This document shows, one piece after another, positions 1-14,290 of a DNA stretch of 64,000 nucleotides (within the stretch, counting starts at the first letter, position 1; every line of letters starts with the position of its first letter). Where the stretch lies: the NCBI GenBank assembly GCA_976226885.1, contig OZ320319.1, forward strand, positions 64,604,001 to 64,668,000, in the 5' to 3' direction. The stretch comes from Iphione sp. A-MEVVRFRX5. Lineage: Eukaryota. The notes under the pieces are model-generated. The model saw only the letters and a program-made list of their open reading frames with translations, made no database searches and was not told where the DNA came from. The position numbers were made by a program, and so were the translations under genes.

Positions 1-1645
1 ACTATTAAGGGGGGTTGGGTGAACCGATAGACGATAGCACACTACATCTACATGAAAGCAGGCCAGGCATCGCATACATCTAGACTACTCAAATTATGTC
101 AACAGCATCATGAAAAAGGACACACGGGGCTTTCACCTTATAGTCATACTGTGTTTGATGTTCCGAAGTGATCTTTCGTGTGGTCTACTGGTAAACTGCT
201 AAATATGAGTTCATATATCCACAAGAAGCTAACTAATGGAGCTCTTGGCTAGATTGTTTTGTGCATATATACACTGTCTATAGAAAAGGTCCAAGACAAG
301 TAGCACATAGCCGTTGACTCGGCGTTTGTGGAAAAAAGGTCTATTAATTGTTTTTGTTTAATTCCCATGTAGACGTATACCCAAATTAAGACGGTTTTAA
401 TTGCACGGGCCTGTATGCCTTAATATGCTGCATTTAAAAATCTTTGCACAAAAATGACAGTAGGTGTAGTAGTTTACAAATTAATTGAGAATAGATAGTA
501 TATCACATATCACGATATATGTGCAGTATTACCCTGTATTCTTCCAGAAATGGTTAGCTAGAGAAAGATATTTTGATGCATGCAGGCTCGTGCAGTATCT
601 TTGGCATAATAACATAGTTAACATAATTGGTATTTCAATACATGTTCACACATTTATTACGTGAATCTCTTTCAACATTCATACTTCTGTTAGAGAAGGA
701 CAAAAACCATGCATTGCAACCTACATAAGATGACATCAAACCAGACGTCTTCACAGGCTATACTAGTTTCCATACATGTCGATAATATCAAATTGTATAG
801 CATTTATGGCATTTACATATATCTTAAAACCCACATCAATATAAATCTGGGAATGTTTTTTCATTGTTTTATAGCAGAGAGGATACTCTCCACTTAATAT
901 GAGCTTCCTTCTTACACATGCATTTACATATTATAAGAAATTTAAAGCACGCTTTTTATGCTCTTATACAAAATGTAATCTCTCGCTTGAGATGTACTCA
1001 TGTCAATAATGACACAGAAATGAGAGTATTATGATGATTTCGTAATGTACAAAAAGGAAAATGAGACATGACAAGACCTCAGTATATAACTTGTGTTAAG
1101 TACGTAGATAAAGTGATGATGGTGGCATCAATAATAAGTATAGTATGGTAGTTGACACAGTGACACGTGATCAGATTCAGTATAACATTGCATTTCCCAG
1201 CACACCACTGGGTAGCCTGTTAATTGTTTTCCTTTTTAGATCACGTGGTTTGGGGCACAGTTGAATTAAGTCATACGTCACTTGAGGTACAATATAATAT
1301 ATCATCCAGTGTAGTTCATTATAGTATATTGCACCAGTTGTGTAACAAAAGTGTTACGTATAGAATTCGAATGGTGTCCTCTGACAGTATGTGGCATCCG
1401 TGATAGAATTGGAAAAACTACATGTCTTTATACATTCATGAATCTGGTGTCTGTGAATGTGAGTGAGCGTATAACAGAGCGAGTCCCACACCACTCTCTA
1501 CAGTAAGCTCCCCCTCTCGCTCGTTTTTCTCTTTCTCCCTTTCGCTCTCTGTGTCAGCTGGAGCTTTTCTTCTCACTGTCCCGCTCTCCGTTACTACTGG
1601 GTAGCTGTCTCTAGAAAGTGAAGGTCGGGTAGCGATGGGACCAAC

Positions 1646-1826
1646 CTTCTTCCCATTGGCCATTAGCCGTGTCCTGCACGCTGACCGCCAGCTGGCCCGT
1701 GTACGAATTGAAGCCAGAGTTGTTCATGGCTGGCGATCGGGGTGCAGGGAGCGACAACTGGTTCGGGTTGCGTGGCATGCTGTACAATGCCTCCGCCAGG
1801 TCGGCCGCCCGCTTTAGAATGATCTC
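1646..1826 (-). CDS. COE: COE/EBF exon, HLH helix 2 plus start of Ser/Pro-rich region: [60 protein letters not shown]
   Basis: Acceptor ttttttttctgcAG at 1828-1827. Probable phase-1 donor AAG|GTTGGT at 1645 (181 nt = 60 codons + 1). The 3' boundary is slightly less certain than for the other exons. Confidence 0.95.
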
Positions 1827-4800
1827 CTGCAGAAAAAAAACAGCACATGAATTAGTTATATGATTTTACTTATACTTGGTGAACGGATTGTAGATTCATT
1901 CTACCAAAAAAAAAACCCACGGTATCCGAGAGTTCTTAAAAACAATTTGTATAAAAAAAGTCTTTATTCATTCAAGTCTTTCAGCAAGTTTATCTTATGA
2001 AGTAACACAATATTAGGTACCGGTACCACTTGATGTCTTTAAGTATCTCTTACTTTATCAACATATTTTTAGCGAAGATGTACCAACAGTTGCAAAATAA
2101 CCAATTCACGGTTCCAAAGAAATCATAGCATACGTCATATTCGTCTCTCGTCTTTTTCAAAATGGCTGTACTAAAGGTGAAATTTTCCTAATGGATCACG
2201 TTCTCTGCAGTCAGGGGTACACCCACGCCATTATGTATCTACAGGGAACATGTTCAGGGGTTTCAGTCAACATTAACCCCGAAACCATTTAGGGCTTACA
2301 GACAGGCAGCTGTTTTAGATTACAAGAAGTTGTTTATTGTGGGCGCTTTTATTATGCCCTTGGTAATTGGCTACGGTTATTAGTAACGCGTCACAGTACA
2401 ATCCCCTTGCGCATCCAATCCAAAACAAGCCGATAATATTCCCTCAAAGCCAGGACCGTCATTGAATGATACAACAAGGCTGGTCTTAAATTTGAAATAT
2501 GACTCACCCCACAAAGGTCACACCTCTGGAATTTATTATATGTAATGATTACCTCTCAGGAGCCTGGGTGTACTACTACCAGGATCTCTCTCTCTAAAAA
2601 GAAACACATGCCTCTTTATCGTCATTAAGGCCTGCGGCTAAGATGAAATCACTCGTCCCTCTTCTCAACCAAAAATACAATTTACGTTAGCGCGGTAGTT
2701 CATCAGGCGCTCGCCAGGCGGTGCAGAAATGACCTACTAATGCGGGAAAGTTAATAAGTGATGGTCGGAGGAGCCCACACCTGAGCTGCGTCGAGTCGTT
2801 CCTCATCCCAACCCCCTCCCATACATTTATAATGGACTTTCTTTCAGTGGGAGGGGGTGGTGAATGAAGGTCCCTCTGGGAGAACTTTGCTCATAAGGCG
2901 CGTGTAGAACGCAGCCCCTCCCGCTGCCTCCTTTCCTCTGTCCCGTCGCATAGGCTCCTGTAACATCCCTGGGCCAAGGGCCTATGCTAAGGCACTCCCC
3001 CCATCCTTTCTCCCTGGCCACGTCCCACCCTCGCAGGCTCCCTCTCGGCTTCTCCAGGCTTTATATTAATGACGCAAAGTTGCCGTCGACAGATCACCTG
3101 CACCGCTGGGACCATTAGACGGCAATGATTTCATATGAAGTACCAGGCGGATCGGTCGGCACTGCCAGAGGCCCGCCCGCCCCCACTAACTAATACTCTT
3201 GTAATATTTCAAAGGTGGCATTAGGACCCTCATCCAGCGTGTCATGCGGCTGCCCAGAGTCGCTCTCACTCCGTGCGAGCTGCTAGTTCAAGGGTCTTGG
3301 GTCTAACAGATAGACGTCATGCCGTGCTAGTAACAGGAGACAACAATTGGCAAAACAATAGCCGGAGGCTATCATTATCTTCTTTGGGAGTTTCCGTCGT
3401 TTAAGGACAGTTGTTCATATTAGGGGCGGCGCCTCATTCTAACCTTCTTCGGCTCTGCGTATGAACATCAGTTTGTGCGCCGGTCCGTCTGGCCTTCTCC
3501 TTTTTGTTTGACTCTTTTTGTTCCTCAGTTGTAAGAGACACTACCTGCTATGATATAAAGCCTATATAAAGATTTTGAGTGAAGAGCTATGTTGTGTTTC
3601 TCTCTTTCTCAGCTTAACTCCTCCCGCCATTCATCCTTTACTTTTTATCTTCCATCCCTCTGTCTTCTGCACGCACACACACATGCACGCACACAGACAA
3701 ACTTAGAATCATCCAGGGTTCTTTTTGTGTGGGGTACAGCTTCTTTTACGCATCAAAGGTGGACTCGGCGCTGCCCATAATTTTAGCTTAATCCTCACTG
3801 GCCCGCGTGATACCACGATCATATGCGTCCCTTGGACTAAGTCTGGCTCACACGCCCATCGCCACCCACCCCGGCCTCCCTCCCCCAGCACAAAGAGAGC
3901 TGGCGGCACTCGTCAAGCTGCCATCTCCCATTCAGCGAACACTTCAAGCAGAAAGAAAACGGTGCCGATTGTTATCGCCTGCCGCTCGGTGGCGCTCGCG
4001 GCGACGCTCCACTGTCACACGACACCCACGACTTGCCGCCCGGCCCGTGTCGCTTCTGATGTTGCTGGCGTTTTTCGATTTTGATCCCCAGAACGGGCTT
4101 ACGGAGGATTAAGGACGCTGTGTTGAGCTGGGGGAGTTTGCGGAAGGAGAAATGAGCTGGGTGGATGATTATTTTCCTCCTTCGCCCACAGTGGCAGCTT
4201 TGATGTTGGCTGGCGCTTGGAAAATGACATAATCAGTTGGTCCTTAGCGATCAGTGGTGTGCCCGCAGTCTGCGCTACAGAGCGCCAAACTTTGGTTACC
4301 ATTCATTATTCACCCACCACACATGCGCACACGTTACACAAACGTGTTGATCACAGCTCCTCAGTTCTTTTTCTTCCTTGTATTTCCATCATACCTCCTT
4401 TCGCCCAAGTCTTGGTCGCCACCTATATTTGGCTCTGTCTTCTGTAGTCTACTAATATTCCGTATGGAGGACAGGACCATTTCAGATGCATCCTAGATGG
4501 ATACACGGAAGCAAAACAACTTCCCAGAAATTGAACATCCTAAACAAGATTTTCAATGACTCGATTCAACTGTCGCCAGCTGCTTTTGATCCCCAAGGCC
4601 CTGATGATTTCTAAACGTCGCCCCTTGCGACCCTAATCGTTACCCTGCTCGTTCTAGATAATCTATTCCATTTTCTTTTCGTAATACAGGCTGAAGGCTA
4701 CGCTCCATTTTACTCACTTAATCCCCTCCGCGTTGGCCGTTCCAAGATGAGCCATCCCCGTACTAACAGGCACATTCATTACCCGGTGTCAACGCCGAAA

Positions 4801-5343
4801 ACCGATCCTGACTTTTACATCGGCCATCAGCGATCATCGGCGCATTGGCGAACTGGCCTGACGCATACAAACGACGCGCCGACGACGGGCGGGGGGGGGC
4901 TGCGGCGGCCAGTGGGTAGGCGGGCAGAGAGGTGGTCATCAGGACATCTGTCACCAGTGTAGACGACGCCCGGTGACACCTACACCGCGCCGCCAATAGC
5001 GCACCAATGAGTCGATCATCATAAAGTCCCGTCTCATTTTTCCCACCGCTTGACTGACCAGGAAGCCGTAGTTTACAATGTCCTCACAACCACCAGAACC
5101 TAACTACAACGTGCATTCTTCCTACTCACTATAGTTGCGACTTACGGGCTATTTAAAATGGTAAACATGTCATTTCCTTTCCGTGACTCCCCCCAAATAT
5201 ACACTATACACGTAGATGTTCATGTATATATAATAGTCCAAAATGTTCCACATACACGAAGTCAAGCTACACTGTGACATGTTAACCTGTGGTACGCCCG
5301 AAAGTAACCCTATTAACCTTTCCATATAAGTGAAAATTCTTAC

Positions 5344-5432
5344 CTTTGGTAATCGCTCTGGATCTCCTGGATGCCTGGGTACCAGTTTCATCAACCTCTG
5401 GAAGCCATAGTCTATCGTGGGTTCCGTTAACG
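5344..5432 (-). CDS. COE: COE/EBF exon, HLH helix 1 and loop: [A][29 protein letters not shown]
   Basis: Inside ORF 5170..5445(-). Acceptor tctttttcAG at 5434-5433, donor GTAAGA at 5343. 89 nt, phase 1 to 0. Confidence 0.98.
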
Positions 5433-6471
5433 CTGAAAAAGACATGCCTTTTCTTCAGTTCATTCTGCTGCTAACACATACATGAGTTTCAACGTTATAT
5501 TATGTCAGAACAAAGTGGTCGAGAATATGAAGCTCGCTCGACCCAGACCAAGGCAAGGATAGGCACTTCTTACTCGAATATGCATGTCTATATGAGTGAA
5601 ATACATTAAACTTAAATTCATGTATTTGAGCAAATATTGCGTAGCAATATGGGGATATAATCGTTTTAAAAAATCTGTATACACACCCACAATTCTATCA
5701 AAAGATGGCCCATAGATTGGAACCATGTAGTTATGTTTTGAGTCTTAGGAAGGCTGACTAAGACATGAGTGATGGGTAGTCCATCCCATACATACTGAAC
5801 ACACAAAAAGTAGATTAGAGTAAAGGCCAACAGTAGACACTCTGACGCCGGGAAATTCGGTGTCGTTAGGCGGAAATGGGCATATAGATGCGGTAAAAAC
5901 CGCCTTCCGCTCCGGATTTGAACCGACGGAAGTGCCGACAACCGGTTAAATTGAATCCGAGTTGAAATTGAGGAAACAAAAAGTCAAATTAAAATCAGCA
6001 CCGGTTGTCTCTTGGGACTAAGCGTGACGAGACTATCTCGTGTTTGTATTTGTTTAACGACGTCGTCCAACACGAACGTGGGCAATAATTTTCTTCAATA
6101 ATTGATGAACAATATTAATCACTCGGCAAGAAAATATCCTTTGCTGCTGCGTTTCCATGAATTGAATGGCCTGGGGCGAGTGGGGTGTAAGAGGTATGTT
6201 TGGTTCTTGCATTAGAGCGAAGAGATCAGAACAGGTGCACCTGTAAGAAGAACAGTCTACCAAATTGCACACTCTGTTCCACAAACAAAAAGATTAAACC
6301 GTCGTCCAATTTTTGCTGCCTCTCTGTTAGTATATTAGAGGCACGGTTAATGGCTGTTAATAAGGCCTGGGACGTTGCTGAGGATCCCGGCATGTGAAGA
6401 CTTGGTAATACATGTGTGTATACAACACTGTATAATGTTTTGAGGCATTTCAGCATAGAGATAGCTCACTA

Positions 6472-6654
<183 letters not shown>

Positions 6655-9600
6655 CTAATTGTGAAGGTGTCAGGACGTAATTTAATGTTGTACCTCCAAA
6701 GCGATATCTCAAATAACATGGCATTAAAATACACATTTTATACACCTAGACGATTCAACTGGTGAAGGCACGTACGAACCGAAAGGCGAAGCTGTTTCCC
6801 CCCCCCCCCTTCAGAAAAATCTCATCTTACACAGCAATCGCCGAGAAATGCGAACATTAAACAGGCCAGCCCAAGGAGAGCGTCTTACACGCTCAGTCAT
6901 TACATGCTGTTAGATCCAGCCTTTGTAGCAGCCACCCTGTTGAGTTGGGGCAGTAGGGACCTAAGCGGTGCTGTAAACGAGTCAAATCCCTTGGTGCGTG
7001 TCCCAGATAGAAGGCCCGTGACGCCCTATTGGTGCACAGCTGTTCCTGACGATGCATCAGTGTGCGCTGTCCTCATGTTAAGCCGCTCCCCTACCCCACG
7101 AAGAAAGAACCATGTTTTTCAGCAACGACTGTTGGCTTGGCTGCTTTATTGAACTTGGGTCTGTTTTTTTTATTGTGGTGTTTTAGATAGCTATTGCTCT
7201 GCTACTATAGTCCTTGTTTGTCTGTGTGTCAGTATTTCGTCTTTTTGCCGATGACATTCTACTATGCGGTGATTATCTCTCATTTGTGCTTTCCTGACCA
7301 ATGCCAATCATTTTTTTAAATTTTCCATGTTGATTTTCATTCTGCATCTCTCTCCCCTCCTCCTTTCCCCGGTTCTCTTGTCTATCTCCCACTACAGGTA
7401 TATATTAACACAAATACATGTACATTTATATAGGTTTGTATGTTTGTAGTAATTCCCCTTCTATCTCCCTTTTATCCCCAACTATTATGTCAGAATTCGA
7501 TTTTGTTGCGCTGACATATTTATTATCTTTTTCTTGCTAATACATATGGGTACTTAGGAGAAGGTCAAGACTGTGAAGCTGTTCTCGGGTGTTTAAGGCT
7601 GGGGCGACGGCTAAATGAATACGATCAGGCGAAATTAGACATCCATGTAACTGATATAGTATCGCCACGAGATGCAAATGTGCATTTTTAATATTTTTTC
7701 TGTAAAAATAATACATGTATATGGATACTATATGCGCGCACTCTTATTCTGCCAAGCGGTTCAGCAGTACTAACGTTTCTAGTGGGGCAAAAGAAGGAAA
7801 TGTGAAATTCAACTGCATTCACATACAAACATTTAAGCTTGCACTAGATTTCCTTCTTCCAGCTTATTTCACGCCATCTTGGACATTGGCTATTGAGGAC
7901 TGAGGCTAGTCTAAAGTTAGTTTCCGTATTGGAAGCCACGGGCTGGGTAGACAAGGATGCAGGCAGGCAATAAACGTCGACGGTTGTCCGTTACAACCAC
8001 ATCGTCTCCGGCCAGCGACGCCCTCCTCCTCCTGCCCCGGCGCCAGCGGCTGCTGCTGCTATTGCTACCGTTGTCGGCCACCAGCAGCCACTACTACCGT
8101 TCTTGGTGTATTTGGACACGTTCAATTACGCTATGGTGGCCTAATGCAGCGAGCTTAGCGGCCGGCACAGCGCCAGAAGCCATCTTATTGTGCATTACCG
8201 TATCATATGGCCGCGCCACAATTACTTTCCCGCTGATCACCGGGTCCGAGCCGGCGGCGGGTCCGGGCGGCCGGTCGGGTCTCGCTGAGGATCAACGGGG
8301 ATCGGATGGCTGATGGGGGAAGGCCACCAGTAGTAAGCAGTAGACAGAGCAAGAGTCAGTCACCGAAACGCATGCACACAACTGACATATAAACGCAATG
8401 TAGGCATCGTCTCCTTACGTTCCTCGGCGATAAGCAGTGGGTCGACCGTTGCTACTGGTGTAAACATTTGCAAACGTAACTACAGTTGTTACTTCTTTCA
8501 TATCTCCCAGAACAAAGATCGAATGTTTAGACCCGACAGAGCAAGGCTCTTTGTTTGGACATGGTGCAAGGTACGTGCACACCATGCTAGTAGTATATGA
8601 AATAGTCCCTTTTTATCAGGCAGATATAATAAGCCATAAGGGAATGTGGCCCGTGCCTACTTCCGTTCTGTGGTCAGAGTTTTTTAAAATCTTGTTTCAA
8701 ATATCACCGCTAAATTTTCTCTCGGTCAAACCTGGGGCTGGCTAGCGGTAGATGAATATACAAAGAACGTATTCTGGCTTGATGGTGTTGTGCACGCCAC
8801 ACACCAGATGGCGGTGCCGACGTCAATGCAAAATTCAGCGACGCTTCCGACTTGACCAAGCATAGGAAGACAGTGGGTTCGATTAACGTCGGGAAATATC
8901 CACCAACTCCTTTAAACCCAGTAAACACTGTGTAAATGGCACCACTTCATACTGTGTAGTAAAGTTTATCTGGCTCTAGATATCAACCAGGCGTTTCAAG
9001 AACAATACATTTTTAATTGGGGGCAGTGCATATCCTTGCTGGCTGGTATAAAGCGATCTGCCTATAGCCAGTTCTATTGAGACTTATCTCGTAGGTTTCT
9101 ACTTGTTGTCCAGCAGCTTGGGATAATTGAAAATCACTATTCATTCCTAAAATCGCAACTAAAGGGAAAGTTCCTTCCAACTATCACTGGTAGTTTCCGG
9201 TAAAATATTCCATTTATTACCGATTTATAGGATTATAAATTGCCCTGCTTCAGTTTTTCTTTCAACAGTTAAGCTGAGTCACTTAATACCACATGGAAGA
9301 TTTGAATTATGATAACGTTTAATAGCGCCTTCCTAGGAAAAACATTCTGCCCGATAACAGGAATTTCGAAACCAAACTAATTCGACTTATTGTATTAGTT
9401 TCATATAACATGTGAGGAGGTAGATACCTATGGAAGAGTAGTAGTAGATTAACTACAACACTATTTTTAATGACTGCTGATTTAATAGACATAGGGATAG
9501 AAATCCCACATCATTAGTTGTGAAGTGCCACGCGCCTACATTAGATGATTCACTTATGCTTCAAGTGTGTTCCTAACTGCATTTCTACCTTGACGTGCAA

Positions 9601-9845
9601 TAGATGCATTGAATTTCTGAAGAAAATCTGTCTGCCATCTCATTACTTCTCGCCCTTCACTAAAATCCCTTTAAATTAAAGTTTGGTCTTGTAACGCCCA
9701 TGTTGAGTGTCATTTCGATAAGGAAAATAGTCATACACGTTTTCACATATACTGTACATGTACACATGAACATGTGCCTCTTACTGGCTACAGTAAGAGT
9801 TCCCTGTGTGCTTCATTCACTTATCCCTATTTTTGCATTTCATCA

Positions 9846-10067
<222 letters not shown>

Positions 10068-13000
10068 TCATGGCGGCAGTAGCAGCATAAATAAAGGATA
10101 ACAACAGCTAAATCATATACCAAGTATTGTAGGAAAATTGGCAAAACAGGAATGGCAAACCGAATTTGTATTCAGGCAAAGTATACAATATCAAATGGGG
10201 CGTTTGATCATAATTATATGTCATGTATAATGACGTACAAAATACATGTCATTATTTGAATAAGTATATGCTTATTCAACAGTGCATCATCTTAAGAAAT
10301 CGCCATGATATAAAGGGTTAAAAGGGAAATTTCCCCCATGCACTCTACTTAAAAGCCCTAATCTCTGACAAAAGAAGACCAACACATAGACTGTCTTTAA
10401 AAACTTGACTGGAATGCAAGATTGGCCATATTTCTGGCCAGGCTACCACCAAAGGGTGTCATGTGCATGTATTGTAATGAACGAACGTAGATCATGGTCA
10501 AGGAAGCCGTTAATTAGCGGAAGTGCGGTAGAATACTAATCTTTCCATGCAGATCGTACCAATGTGTTACAACAGTCTACTTTTGCACTGCCTGATAAGA
10601 AAAGCACTTGCTAGAAGCAGCCACTCGCTCATGGCAACTGATGACTGTTCTTTGGGAGTCACACCGCCGCAAAATGACCGGCTTCCGACGGTGTGAATAA
10701 GCACTTTGGCTCAGCAATTATCTAGCCTCAAGGCTGGTCACAGCAGCGCCGCCTGTTGTGATATAGATGTACTAAAGGCCACAAGCTACCACTATGTATA
10801 TATGGACACAACACTTACTACCAGATATATTGTTAGATTTCGGCATCGATATGCTCTGTAATAAATGTATTGTGAAATTTGCATCCGAATGTATTAACGT
10901 CTATAGATATGATTTGATGACCTAGTATTTTTTAGGAAAATCAAAACTGTTAACGTAAGAAATGTTTGCCCCTCCCTTACCCCTCCGGTCTGCTCTGCCC
11001 TATTTAGCAATCCCTTATCACTCCTTGATCCCGTTGTGCCAGCCTTTCCCCTGCCATTGACTAAAACTAGCTAAGCTTATTTGGTTAGAAACCGTAGCCA
11101 GGCGCTGTAAGGCCCTCTGTGAATGAAGTAGCACGGAGATCGGTGAGAACAAATTCACTTATAGGACGTGCCTGTGCCGCGCCGCGATGCCGTCTCATTT
11201 AAATACTGTTAGCTGGCATGGATCTGGTATCCACCGTGCGCTATTTGCCTTCAAATGGTTTCACTTGTGGAAGCATATTTGATCAGCGCGCCGGGAGTCG
11301 TCGCAGCCTGCCTGTTCATGTCTGTTTGATCCAAAAGTATCGCCACACCCGACTGCCAAATGCCGCTGATTGAATAACGCTATGCATCTGCATGAAACTA
11401 TTTGGTGACCGTCTCAGCCCGCCGCAAGACCATCCAGGCCCAGTATTTATGCGCGACGTTTGCTCAATCAACCCGTTGTTGAAAGTGATCCATATCTTGA
11501 TAAGATCAGGGAAAGGCATCGGGAAGTGGGAGAAAGACGGGTCGAGATGAAAAGAAAGAAATGGTAGGGAAAAGAGGGAGATATGGAGGTAGTAGGTTAT
11601 GTTTACGTATGAGTGACAGGGCGAAATGAGTTGGAATGAGAACAGATAGAATAGGGGAGGCAGGCTGACAGGCAGATAGACAGAAAAAAACAGAAGCGTA
11701 CTGAGCGTATCTGTATAAATATGAGAGAATTGGTAGGGAATGGTGTAATAGACCTGGGCAGTATCGGATGTCATACCAAAAAGCCTATTGTCCCACGCAG
11801 GATATGAGTGGCCATTGCAGTATTGTGAGTGCGGCCGAACCGAACATTACCATGTTAAAAAAACAGTAATATTCAAAGACATTTTTCGAAAGTAGTCATT
11901 CTAAGGGCAGGTGCGCTAGATTAATACGCCGGAATTACTCGTAATCTTAACCTGTGACTCAAGCAGGATAATAGTAAGTTCACACAAAAGGAGTCGCGCG
12001 CGTTCTGATTAGGTTCTCCGGTTACAGTTTCCATCAACCGCCGAACGTGGCGCTGCTGTTGACGCCCAGTTTGACTGTGGAAGGTCTCGCGTAAGACGAG
12101 ACTCGCGGGACAAAGTCTCACGATAATCCTCTTCCATTATTTTCTCTTTCTCGGCACGGACCGCGCACTGAAACAAGGCCCATTCGCCTCCACTGAGTCA
12201 CTTTATTGTGTGAAAAACACTCTTTTAAAATCTCGATGCTGTGGCCAGACCTAATGGACAAAAAACGGTTCGGTCAGAACTAAAAGAAAAAAAGCGAATT
12301 ACGTATTGCAAACACCACGGCTGTTTGGCCCCAGTGGTATACTTGCTACTGATCACTTATATATATCTTCAGGGAAGACGAATATTTTAGGGACAGAACT
12401 GTGTACTCGCTAGGTAGATGTTATATGGGGCGTTATGAGTGTGTCCTTTTTTTTAAATCGGCGCTTTCTACGCGTTTTTCGGCGACTGATCTTTGCAGTC
12501 TAAGACCCTGGAGAGTTGGCTTATCTGCAAGCCAGCGGCTTGGTTGTCACCCGCTCCACCTTTACCTTAACACCCTCTGCCCAAGCCGGTACCAGGGGAA
12601 GCCTCCTCGGGGGAACTAAAGGAGAGCATCGAGCGGCCCCAAACCGGCAGCATTCGACACCTGGCCGGGACACCTGGTCTTCCTGCCGTGGTCGCCATCA
12701 CAGGCTTTGCAGCCAGTTTACCTCTGCCAATGGTAGCAGCAAGCTGCTAACTCTATGCACCTCACACGGGAGCTTCAACCACGCTCAGTCATAAGCCAGA
12801 CTGCCAGGCCACTGTAACAGACCACCGGCCTTGGAAGGCTGGGCCAGAGAAGGAGGAGTCTGGGCGGCAGGAAAGTCGTCACCCTGGCCGCGATTTCTTG
12901 GGGCGTTGGCAGTGATAACTGTCAGACAGACGGGCTTGGTCTGTCTCCACCCTCCCGCCTTCAGGGCCGCCTGCCGCCACCCGCCGCCTGCCGCCCCAAC

Positions 13001-13702
13001 CAACGTGACGGGAATAGCAGGGTAGGCGGCTCGCCTTAACACGAAGGAGACATCTTCGCCACTTCTTTCAACACAACCTCCGTCTTTATGTCAACGTCCA
13101 CAACTGCCATCATCTGTGGCACGCAAATCTAACCACGGGGTAGACGTCGTATATTGTAAGCCAAAGCTCTCACCGATCTCATTAGGGATTTGGAAAATTC
13201 ACCCACCGGGACTATCACTTCACCGCACAAGAACATTCACCAGTGTAACCTCCAATAGGATTGATTTGGGTATGATCGTAGATTCTACTGCGGACAAATT
13301 CTTTCCGATGTACGATCACGTGTACATTTATGCAAAAACATGTACTGTAAATTAAATGCGTCCTGAGACAAAAGTGCAAACTGCAGAAATAGCCTGCCTA
13401 AGAAGCTGAATTTTCTTTCATAATGTACTCACTCCATTTCCATCTCCTTTGAGCCGGGCTTATTATCAAAAATATGTACATGCATTGTTTGTCATGTAAC
13501 ATAGGACATGTGTAGTGTCAAACAAAATGAAAAGGCAACCTACAGATGAAAGACATATGGCAAGGAAATTCGAATTGGTAGTAGCTCTTGACAACTCATG
13601 TCCAGCAGCCTACAGACTAAGTCTATTACCTCCGACCTCCTTCCACTGCCAGCAAACAGTCTCTGAGGATCTTATTCCCATTAGTGTGTAAACAGATCAG
13701 AG

Positions 13703-13716
13703 GTGCCACCTGGAGG
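13703..13716 (-). promoter_or_regulatory. CTCF-like core CCTCCAGGTGGCAC
   Basis: Matches CCDSYAGRKGGCRS at every position on the minus strand. Confidence 0.4.
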
Positions 13717-14000
13717 AGGTAAGTGGTGTGAAACACTAAGACATGCGGCATTTACTGCCCTAGCTTGATCAGAGAACACCGCCCGGAGGTGGCAATGGAC
13801 TCCCACTTTCAAAAAGGTTCAGGAAAAGGCGGTAATGAATTGCATATGCTGAAGAAGGGGCCAATATGCATGCTCACAAAAAAGGTGCGATTTAGGTGGG
13901 CACAAAACATGAGGCATTTGATATTGTAAAACGAAGGAGCTGAACTTGGGTTTACTGGCTGGCTGTGTTAGAAAACGGTTTGGGCTAAAAAAAAAAAAAA

Positions 14001-14290
14001 GGTGCGTTTCTGGTCACCCGTCCCTAGTAAAACCTCACCCTACCTAAAAAAGTTTTAGAACCAAGGCTAATTTTCCTCAGATACACATTTTCACAGCACA
14101 TTTTGGTAAATTCCATAGAAACAACAAAATCCATGGAAAGTCAGTAAAGAACTGTAAAACTCATGCAAAGTGATCAAAATTCTTCATATTATCTTTATTA
14201 TTATTGACAACCAGAGGAAGAAAGTTGAAAAAAAATTTAAATACCCCCTCCCTACCTAGGTTTTTGGCTGGTCGTTACCAGAAACACACC
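14001..14290. mobile_element. Non-autonomous DNA transposon (MITE), probably PIF/Harbinger/Tourist-like, about 290 bp
   Basis: Left end GGTGCGTTTCTGGTCAC (14001-14017) and right end GTTACCAGAAACACACC (14274-14290) are 17-bp inverted repeats with 2 mismatches. Right flank is TAA; left flank is T followed by A14, compatible with a slipped TAA target duplication. No ORF. Confidence 0.7.

Noticed and set aside
1436-1663. 75-aa minus-strand ORF overlapping the last exon (MANGKK…EREKEKNEREGE…)
   Set aside because: It is out of frame with COE and its charged stretch is a translation of a GA-rich tract.
5905-5935. GGTTCAAATCC (B-box/T-loop-like) on the minus strand at 5914-5924 with a short stem
   Set aside because: No A-box, D arm, anticodon arm or acceptor stem, so it cannot be called a tRNA or SINE head.
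8810-8870. Plus-strand peptide GADVNAKFSDASDLTKHRKT, reminiscent of ankyrin and C2H2 fragments
   Set aside because: The two motifs are mutually incompatible, the CxxC and second His are missing, and the frame is closed by nearby stops. Coincidence.
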